A stretch of 55,050 bases of DNA, taken from a virus (lineage: Duplodnaviria > Caudoviricetes). A program made the translations under genes and the position numbers. Position 1 is the first letter of the stretch, and every line of letters begins with the position of its first letter. Positions 29,078 to 38,100 of the stretch are shown one piece after another. Location of the stretch: positions 1 through 55,050 of IMG/VR virus record IMGVR_UViG_3300020445_000003. One strand, written 5' to 3'. Under the pieces are notes generated by a model. It made no database searches. It was not told the DNA's origin and worked only from the letters and a program-made list of their open reading frames with translations.

Positions 29078-32000
29078 TTATTTAATAAGATAAAAATCTT
29101 TTGTTGAATCAATTTCTCTTAATTTTATCCAGGTAGAAGGAATAACTGCTGTTTTACGGACATAACACTGCCCAAGCAAACCAATAGTATCCCATTCTTT
29201 TCTATCTTCTCTAGGAGTATAAGTTTGAGATTCATCCCAATCAGGATTACGTTTTACACTAACTTTAGGTCTAACATTACCCATATAAGGATAACTATAC
29301 AGTTGATTACCATCAGCATCTTTAACTAATTCAAGTTCAAGTCTACCCCATTCATCACGGAGATTAGCACCTTGCCATTTCATACTTCCACTGTTACCAA
29401 CAAATGCAGCAGTACCAGAAACAACACCTATAACAGTATCACCATCTTCGGCAATCTTAATTTTACCTGTTAGACCATCTATAGCAACAGTATGTCCTAT
29501 ACGATCTTCACCTGAAGGATTGCCATCAGACCACTCAAACATTTCAGCAAAGTCATAATTCTGGTTAGAGTTCCAATTATTGTCAGCACCTGCATTACCT
29601 GTATCAGTACGAAAAACAAATTGCTTCTGTTCTGTAGTTCCACCACTCTTCCTCATTGTAAAGTAATCATCCACACTTAAATATGAATTACCATCGGTTC
29701 TATGTAACTGACCGTCAGCATTATAACTATTCCATACATCTGCTGCAGTAACACCCTGACCTTGAGTTCCAACATTAACGTCAAATCTAATACCGTTTGA
29801 ACCAGCTTGGAAAGCAGTCTGCTGTTGAGTATTTGTAGTCTTAGTAAAACAATTAATAACATCTGCCCAACCACCTGCTGCATAATGTTGTAATTTCATA
29901 GTACCATCAGCTTTAGCTAACCATTGCCACTTATCCTCATTATCATCTCCATTGTCTGCAAACATCTTAAAACCAGCAGATGCATTTTGGGTTCCTTTTA
30001 TAGTTAATCCAGATCCATTAATTAGATGCAATCCAATATTACCTCCATCATTACCAATAAATGCATGTTTAGTAGCACTCCAACTAGAAGATCCAGATGA
30101 AGTACCAGCTTGTGTTCCCAACCAGAATTCTATGTCACCTTTTTCATTCTGATTTGTATTTCCATTTAAAATTCCTCTAAATGCAATGGCAGCACCAGGA
30201 TTCCAATGATTTGCTTTACCCCAACCATTTTGTTCTTTCCACATACCTGCTCCAATGGAAACTAAACCACTAACAGCGTCTACTCCAACACAACCATATA
30301 ATTCTTTAGTTGCACCATTACCACTGTCATTTTTGTACATAACAATATCAGGGCCAGCAGTACTACTCCAACCACTTCCTGGCATATCTGAACCATGATT
30401 GACACCAAGACCAATCTTACCATCTCCTGAAATATAAAACCTACTCGTGTCTTGATTATTTCCATTCATCGGTTGCTTACGAGTAAAGAAATCAAAATCA
30501 CCTGACCATTGATCAGATTTAGCTGTGAATACAAGTGTTCCACCATCTTGTTTGATAGTGCCTTCTCTATTATCGAAAGAAGTATCTAATAATGTAAATC
30601 CAGGACTTCCACTATTAATTACAGTAATATCACTAGTAAATGAAGAAATCCCAGTAACATTTAAAGTACCAGCTATTGATGTATTACCAGTTGCATCTGC
30701 TACAGTGAACTTATCAGTATCACATTTAATACCACCATTGGCCCTTAACTCACCACTTACAGTTGTAGTGCCAATAAGAGATGATTGTCCTATTACAGCA
30801 AGACCACCAGCTATACCCAAATCACCACTTGCAGTTGTATTACCTGTAAAAGTTTGAGTCCCAGTAACTGCTAAATTGCCACTTAAAGTAAGATCAGCAC
30901 CAGTACATCCAGCAGCTAAGTCATCTGCAGTACCAACAGAGATACCAGTTAAATTTGAACCATTTCCATAAAAATGAGATGCAGTACATATACCAGTAGA
31001 TTTAATATTACCAGTATTAGCATCAAATCTTACATAGTTTGAAGAAAGAAATTCTGGAGAATCTGCAGATTGATCTGCACCTACCGTCATACCATCTCTA
31101 TTAATGGTAGTAGAAGAGAAATGACTTAATCCACTACCACCTAAACCACCAGATCCACCAGTATAATTTACACTATAAAGTCTAGCCGCATTAGGATCAT
31201 ATTTTAAATGATCATCATTAGTATCAATATAAAGATCTTGATTTCCAGTGCTATTTTGAGAACAAAATACAACTTGATTCCAACCAGCATTTTTTTCTTG
31301 AATATTTACTTTAGTGGCAGCAGAAGCAGTGATACCAGTTAGATTAGAACCATCTATTGCAGGTAAAGTACCAGTTATATTTGCAGCAGGAATATTTGTT
31401 AAATTAGTAGCACTTATTGCAGGTAAAGCACCTGAAAGTTTTGATGCAGTAAGTGTAGATATTCTTGCATCAGCAACTGTACCAGTTAGTTGACCAGCAG
31501 GTAAATTAGTTAAGTTTGCTCCTGAACCAGTTATAGTACCATTAAGATATAAATTATTAAACTTTAATCCACTACTTCCTATATCATAAGTATCACCAGT
31601 TCCAGGTAATATATCATCATCAACAACAATACCAGTACCATCAATAGCAAAAATTTGATTTGAATTATAATTTAATTTAATCGCACCATTATTTGTTGAT
31701 GTAAGATCAAGTGCTCCAGTGGAGCTTACTGTAGAAGCAGTTATATCCCCTGAAAAAGTCGCACTCGTACCTGTTAACGCACCAGTTAAAGTTCCACCTG
31801 CGAGAGGTAATTTAGTGGCGATACTATTTGTTACTGTCGTTGAGAAATTAGCATCATCTCCCAATGCAGCAGCTAATTCATTGAGTGTGTTTAATGCATC
31901 TGGTGAACTATCAACCAAGTTTGATATTGCTGTGTCTGTATAAGATGTCGTTGCTATTTTTGTACTATTGTTTCCTGCTGATTGGGTCGTAGCTGTGTCT

Positions 32001-32419
32001 AATCTTGCTGCTGCTATTGTTCCTGTTAATTGACCTGCTGGAAGTGAAGTTAAACTTGCACCTGACCCGCTAAATGTTGTTGCTACTAAGGCTCCACTAC
32101 CATCACCACTAGCGACAACTAAATTTCCACTTGCCGCTTTTACTGTCCAAGAACGAGTACCTGTTTGATCGAAACCGAGTCTTGATCCGTTTTTTATAGA
32201 TAAACCAGAATCTCCAGTGACATTAACATTAGACTGAGTAAGGAATCCTATTCCATCTACTGTCCCTGTAACTGTGATATTACCACCAACAGAAAGATTA
32301 CCACTCGCAGTAGTTGTTGCAGCAGTTATATTAAGATTTCCACCACTAGGACTCTCGATAGTAGGAGTTCCATCACCATCTAATTTTATTTTCTTTACAC
32401 CAAAACTCTTTTCTGCCAT
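29078..32419 (-). CDS. Tail fibre with C-terminal peptidase-G2-like intramolecular chaperone (1113 aa)
   Basis: LVDSSPDALNTLNELAAALGDDANF fibre motif; LPAGQLTGT repeats; C-terminal DFAEMFEWSDGNP...RIG...IGVVS...YTPREDRKEW..IGLLGQ. Confidence 0.8.
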   Translation of the reverse strand: MAEKSFGVKKIKLDGDGTPTIESPSGGNLNITAATTTASGNLSVGGNITVTGTVDGIGFLTQSNVNVTGDSGLSIKNGSRLGFDQTGTRSWTVKAASGNLVVASGDGSGALVATTFSGSGASLTSLPAGQLTGTIAAARLDTATTQSAGNNSTKIATTSYTDTAISNLVDSSPDALNTLNELAAALGDDANFSTTVTNSIATKLPLAGGTLTGALTGTSATFSGDITASTVSSTGALDLTSTNNGAIKLNYNSNQIFAIDGTGIVVDDDILPGTGDTYDIGSSGLKFNNLYLNGTITGSGANLTNLPAGQLTGTVADARISTLTASKLSGALPAISATNLTNIPAANITGTLPAIDGSNLTGITASAATKVNIQEKNAGWNQVVFCSQNSTGNQDLYIDTNDDHLKYDPNAARLYSVNYTGGSGGLGGSGLSHFSSTTINRDGMTVGADQSADSPEFLSSNYVRFDANTGNIKSTGICTASHFYGNGSNLTGISVGTADDLAAGCTGADLTLSGNLAVTGTQTFTGNTTASGDLGIAGGLAVIGQSSLIGTTTVSGELRANGGIKCDTDKFTVADATGNTSIAGTLNVTGISSFTSDITVINSGSPGFTLLDTSFDNREGTIKQDGGTLVFTAKSDQWSGDFDFFTRKQPMNGNNQDTSRFYISGDGKIGLGVNHGSDMPGSGWSSTAGPDIVMYKNDSGNGATKELYGCVGVDAVSGLVSIGAGMWKEQNGWGKANHWNPGAAIAFRGILNGNTNQNEKGDIEFWLGTQAGTSSGSSSWSATKHAFIGNDGGNIGLHLINGSGLTIKGTQNASAGFKMFADNGDDNEDKWQWLAKADGTMKLQHYAAGGWADVINCFTKTTNTQQQTAFQAGSNGIRFDVNVGTQGQGVTAADVWNSYNADGQLHRTDGNSYLSVDDYFTMRKSGGTTEQKQFVFRTDTGNAGADNNWNSNQNYDFAEMFEWSDGNPSGEDRIGHTVAIDGLTGKIKIAEDGDTVIGVVSGTAAFVGNSGSMKWQGANLRDEWGRLELELVKDADGNQLYSYPYMGNVRPKVSVKRNPDWDESQTYTPREDRKEWDTIGLLGQCYVRKTAVIPSTWIKLREIDSTKDFYLIK

Positions 32420-32435
32420 GATATTTCTTTTTAAT

Positions 32436-32442
32436 TATTTAT
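32436..32442 (-). promoter_or_regulatory. T4-type late promoter (ATAAATA)
   Basis: Overlaps the S8 gene stop codon, about 17 nt upstream of ATG 32419. Confidence 0.5.
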
Positions 32443-35105
32443 GTTGTAATATTTAAAGTTCCAGTAACATTTAAAGTTCCAGCAGATGTATTACCATCCA
32501 AAGGAGCATCATATAAAACTTTTGGTGATCCGCCATGTAAGGAATATTGATCGTCAAAATCACTATCATTAGCAGTTGTTCCCTCATTACCAACATAAAA
32601 CTGAGAACTTGATTGTGCAGAGACATGGTTACTTACCCAATTTTTTAATTCTTTCCAACCCCACGACCTTCTATGTTCCAATTTAGTTGCCAATAAACCA
32701 CAAGCAGTTGGTGACGCAAAACTAGATCCACTATAACCCTGATTAAAATTCAATGTGGAAGTTAAATTCGTTCCATTTACTGTAATTGTATATGTACTAT
32801 CATTTCTATAATATGTTTTAGTTATTGCCCATGAATTTGGCCTTGCAACATTGGATTTGTCGGCATTACTATTAGGAGCATCTCTCAATGTAGCAGTTAA
32901 AGTATTATGTCCAGGTGCATAGAAATCTACTGCATTTCCACTATAAGAATAATAAATTTTACTCTCTTGAGTATTTGACTTTCCAATATCAGAAGTAGCA
33001 GCCGCTGCAAATGATGGATTAACTATTTCACCATAAGTAGGTGAAGAAGAATCTGTATCTTCAAATTCTCCAGCACTACATGGAAAACTTAATCGATTAA
33101 TAAACGCAGATGCATCAGATGCTTGACTATCTAAAGCAGTAGTTGCGGTTACATTATTAGCATTCCCAAAATAATTATTATAATCGGGATGTGTTGATTT
33201 GACACACTTTTGATTATTATTTCCTGCTGCTGCAACAACAATCACTCCTTCATCAATAGCAGATTTTGCTGCAACTTGTCTTGAATGTGTTGATTTAAAC
33301 CAAGGTTCTATATGTGGATTATAATAATTATTTTTCAAATATTTTGGTGATGTAATCTTATTATCTGCATCATATACAATTGAACCTATCTCACCACTAC
33401 CTGCAGTTCCATTACCAGGAGTCCTCCAAAAATAATGTGTTGCATTAGTAGATGTCAAATTATACCCCGATCCCCAACTATGATTTGTAATTGTAGGATT
33501 CTTATTACCATGATTAGAATTATTTGGTTTATACTTATGAAATATTTTTAGCATCTTAAATGCATCTTCATTACTTGGAACAATTAAATCATCCTCTAAA
33601 TGTCCATGAACCCATTTATTTGCATTATATGCCATCCCAAGAGTTTTTCCAAATATCAAAGAAGAAACAGCAGTACCATGAGAATTAAATTGTTGTGAAG
33701 GATACGCAGAATGTGATCCTTGAATAAATGGTCTGGTATATCCATATGATGTAAATGCCATAGAAGGTACACTAATATATCCAAAAAAATCATCACCACC
33801 AGACAAAAACCTAGCAGATCTAACACTACCAATTCCTTGCCACCAATTCAATGCAGCTGTTTGTGTAGGAACTCTAGTTCCATCCCAACGAATTTCTGTT
33901 CTATTCGTTTGATCAGCATTAAAAAACTCTGGATCAAGGTAATATGGAGCATCCAAATATAAAGATAATACTCCACATTTTCCATTGGGATCTAATGCAT
34001 TCCCACCAATATAATCATCTGGTTCTCCAACACCTGTTTTCACAAATTCAACATGACCAAACCAAGTGCCACTATCAAAAACAATTATATCAACATCCTT
34101 TCCTGTAGATCTTTTAGGAGTATTTGATGTAATAGTTGTAGATTTAGAAGATCCACTCCAAGGATCATTTTTTTGAGTACATCGTAATAAAGTATGTCCC
34201 GATTTACTTAATGTTGAAGAAGGTGAATTAAATGTTCCTATGCATACTGTAGTTCCATTTGAATAACCACCATAAGCTGTTCCATAATAATTATAACCTG
34301 TTGTACGAAAATTATTCCCATCCAAATCAGTATTACTCCAAGCAACACCTGTGGCACTTGATAAATTAGAATTATTAAATCTAACTTCTCCAGAACTTGG
34401 AGCAGAAGTAATAGAAGTACTACTATTATCATATCTAAAACGAAACTTCCTATCATCTTTACTTGTCCTCTCAAAAAGGAATGTTATAATAGTCCCATCA
34501 GGAATAGATGTAGGAAAATTAGCTGAATATGTCTGAGTGACTTCATGTGCAGTTGTAAATGATGCAGCAGCATATCCAGTACCAGTAGTACCATTAATCA
34601 AACCAATGTTTATATACCAGGTATCTTGATTAGTAAAAGTTAATTCTCTATTATGATTTACTGGAGACCCATACCTATCTGTTACACCATAATTTAATAA
34701 TAACTCTTTCTCAAAACAATCTCCACCATATGTAGCTCTATAATAACTCTCATCTATATTGACATCCAAAACTTTTGGATGTTTTTTAATATCTTCTACC
34801 TCTGCATCTGTTAATAGATAATATCCTATACGATCAATTAACTCTGATTCATCGCAACACTCACAAGAATCAGATGGAATATTATCTTCCAATGTTCCAT
34901 CCTTTATCAATACTTCATGAATAGACTTCCAGTCTTCACCATTAGAGCAAACTACCATATATCTCTTTTTACCAGTTCCTTCTGGTACCGAAGGTGCTCC
35001 AGATTTCTTTAAAAATTCTCGTCTTCTGTTTATAATTTCTTGTGGATTGGTAAGAGTAGATATACCAACTTTATAATCTTTAAACTCTTGTTCAGTAATA
35101 CTCAT
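32439..35105 (-). CDS. Subtilisin-like (S8) serine peptidase (888 aa)
   Basis: D-H-S triad motifs in order: VDIIVFDSG, SHGTAVSS, GSSFASP; oxyanion-hole motif VVAAAGN. Confidence 0.85.
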   Translation of the reverse strand: MSITEQEFKDYKVGISTLTNPQEIINRRREFLKKSGAPSVPEGTGKKRYMVVCSNGEDWKSIHEVLIKDGTLEDNIPSDSCECCDESELIDRIGYYLLTDAEVEDIKKHPKVLDVNIDESYYRATYGGDCFEKELLLNYGVTDRYGSPVNHNRELTFTNQDTWYINIGLINGTTGTGYAAASFTTAHEVTQTYSANFPTSIPDGTIITFLFERTSKDDRKFRFRYDNSSTSITSAPSSGEVRFNNSNLSSATGVAWSNTDLDGNNFRTTGYNYYGTAYGGYSNGTTVCIGTFNSPSSTLSKSGHTLLRCTQKNDPWSGSSKSTTITSNTPKRSTGKDVDIIVFDSGTWFGHVEFVKTGVGEPDDYIGGNALDPNGKCGVLSLYLDAPYYLDPEFFNADQTNRTEIRWDGTRVPTQTAALNWWQGIGSVRSARFLSGGDDFFGYISVPSMAFTSYGYTRPFIQGSHSAYPSQQFNSHGTAVSSLIFGKTLGMAYNANKWVHGHLEDDLIVPSNEDAFKMLKIFHKYKPNNSNHGNKNPTITNHSWGSGYNLTSTNATHYFWRTPGNGTAGSGEIGSIVYDADNKITSPKYLKNNYYNPHIEPWFKSTHSRQVAAKSAIDEGVIVVAAAGNNNQKCVKSTHPDYNNYFGNANNVTATTALDSQASDASAFINRLSFPCSAGEFEDTDSSSPTYGEIVNPSFAAAATSDIGKSNTQESKIYYSYSGNAVDFYAPGHNTLTATLRDAPNSNADKSNVARPNSWAITKTYYRNDSTYTITVNGTNLTSTLNFNQGYSGSSFASPTACGLLATKLEHRRSWGWKELKNWVSNHVSAQSSSQFYVGNEGTTANDSDFDDQYSLHGGSPKVLYDAPLDGNTSAGTLNVTGTLNITT

Positions 35106-35106
35106 T

Positions 35107-38100
35107 TTACACTACCACCTGCTTAATAAATTTGACAGTTGTTGTACCACTATTACCTGGAGTGAATTTCACCAATACATTACTACCACTAGTAGAAGTA
35201 CTAAATGTACCAAGAACAGATGCACTATACATTACAGCATACTCGGTATGATGATGATTAGTACCATCACACATAACCAAAAGTTTCTGTGCTTGCATTC
35301 CTGTACTATGACTGATGTACATAGTATACTCTAAGACATTAAAAGAATTCAAAGCAACTGTAGAAACAGTCTGAGCAGTAGTACCACCACTAAGAGTCAC
35401 AGTTGTCGTAACAGCAGCATCTGCAGTAACAGTACCAGAACTATTTGTAAGACCAGTACTGAATGTAAGTGGTGTTTGATATGTGTGCGTATGAGATGTA
35501 GTAGAATATGAATTAGTATCTACAGTACCATTTGCCTTCAAGAATTGACTTGATGTTCCACCGCTTTTAACTAAAGTGGTTGCAGTAAGTGATCCTCTAA
35601 TTACTCCATCATTTGAACTGTTAACTACATTTGAGTTTGTGATAATCGCATTACCCATATAACCATGAGCAGTACACTGATAATATAAAACATTTGGTGT
35701 ATCATCACTTATTGTAATCTCAGTATAAGTATTCTGGAAATTTACATCTGTGGTATAATTTGTAGTTTTATCTGCTTCAAGATAAAATTTTAATGGATGA
35801 CTTCCTGTATTGTCATTTGTAAATCTATAAGTTCTACCTGGTGTTAATGTAAGTATTGGTGCAAATACTCCATCAATTTTATATCCACTACCAGATCCAG
35901 TTCCGTTATATCTGTGAGTGCTATCCTTTGTAGCTACTGTGACAGCAAAGGTGGTTGTACTACCATGAGGTGCTTGAAGGTAATCAAAACCAGTGAGAGC
36001 ATCTGCAGTAACATCTGCTACCGTAATATCTGGTGTTCCAGTTAATCCTTGAGCGTTTGTAGCACTTGCAACACTACCAGATGAAGTTACATAAACACTG
36101 CCATCTACAGAACCATCTGCCTTTAAGAATTGTGATGAGGTTCCACCACTCTTTACGAATGATCCTGCAGTTATATCTAATGCAGGTGTAATACTATCTA
36201 CTGTTATAACAATATCACTACCACCACCAATAGATGAACCAGTGAAAGTTAATGTTTCATTTACAGCAAAATTTCTACCACTAGCAGTTTTTGTAATAGT
36301 TACTGTGTTTGCTGCATCATCAGCAATGGTTATAGTAAAACCAGCACCAGTACCTGATACATTACCACTTAAATTAGTAAATGTATATGTACCAGGAGTT
36401 CTAGTTTGATTACTAGCATCATCTGACCATGTAACAATAGACGCAATATTTTTAATAGATCCATTACTAAGGAGAAGACCATCAGATTCGATACGAAGTC
36501 TTTCAGTAGATGATGAACCAGTTTTAAATATAAATGCTCCGTTTGTTCCAAAAGCATTAAAGTTTAATACATCAGATGCAACCCAAATATCTGTATTTTG
36601 ATCATTAGGACTATTAGTATCTGATAATTGAAGAGCACCTGCTGATGTGATGCGAAGTCTTTCTGTTGTGTTTGTTCTAAATGCCATGTAATTGTCTACA
36701 TGGTTATATTGAATTGATCCTGTTAAGTTAGAATTTGCAGCGTCATTAAAAATAAGCCAACCATCAGCATCAGCAGCAGAAAATACTGTTATTCCATTAT
36801 GACCAACTCCAGAACCAACTACTAAATTATCAGCAGCAGCGTTCATCGAACCACCTGTAGTATTTCCGATCAATACACGTCCACTTGAGTCGATGCGAAG
36901 TCTTTCTTCAGCTACTGAAGAATCATCAGGTACTGTAAAAAATGTTAATCTACCAGCATGATCAGAACTATCTCCTCCTTGATCCCAAGCTAAGTCTGCC
37001 TCTCCTTTTATAACTGCGCCAGGATCTCCTGTAGTATCTCCACAGAAATTAATTTGACCTAATATATTATCTACTGCTGGAGCTGTTCTTTTCCATAAAT
37101 TTAATTGTGCTTCTCCTGTAGCACTACCAATATTACCAACTATATTAAAGTTGGCGTTATTAGTTGCTCCTGATGTAGTTGCAGCATTGTGACCAGCCAC
37201 CACTACTCCAGTTGATGTGATGCGAACTATTTCTGTACCACTAGACATCAAAGCAAGTGCATGTGCAGTATCTGTTCCAAAGATCATCGATGTGTCTGCA
37301 TCTTTATAAATCAGTTTTGCCTGTACAGCACCACCAGATCTCTGCCAAGTTTGAATATCTACATTATTTGATGCAGAATAATTACCTGTTACTAAAAGAG
37401 CATTTTGACCAGCAGCACCACCCTTACACTCAACCTCACCATCTGCGTGGATGCGAAGTCTTTCAGAACCTCCTGTTGAGAATTTAAGTGGATTTGATGT
37501 AATAGTTGCTACTGTTACAGTAATATCAGCACCACCACCAATAGAAGAACCAGGTATAGTTAATGTTTCATTCACTGCATAATGTGTACCACCAGAAGTT
37601 ACTGTAATCGCAGGAACTGTACTAGTAGCAATAACTACAGAGAAATTAGCACCCGTACCTGATACACTACCAGCAAGTTTAGATACAGCATATGTGCCAT
37701 TAGTTCTACTATTATCCGTAGCAGCATTACTTGTAATAGTGTCAATAGAATCAACACCATGAATGGATCCATTAACTGCAATACCAGTATCGGTAACACG
37801 AAGACTTTCTTTATTTGTACTTGCAAACCTTAATGTCTCTCCTCTGAATCCTATGTCCGTAAGAGATCCATTATCTTTAAAAGCAACTAGAGCAGGTACA
37901 TTTCCAACTTCACTCTGAGAACCATTAAATGCTACATTTTTATTTGTGGATATATGTGCTACTATTCTACCATTACCAGCAATAGTAGCATTACTACTTC
38001 CAACGCAAATTGAATCTGAAAGGGAGTATGTAAATGTTTTATCATTTACATTCAAACCAATATCTATATTATGACCTGCTATAAAACCTATAAGTTGATC

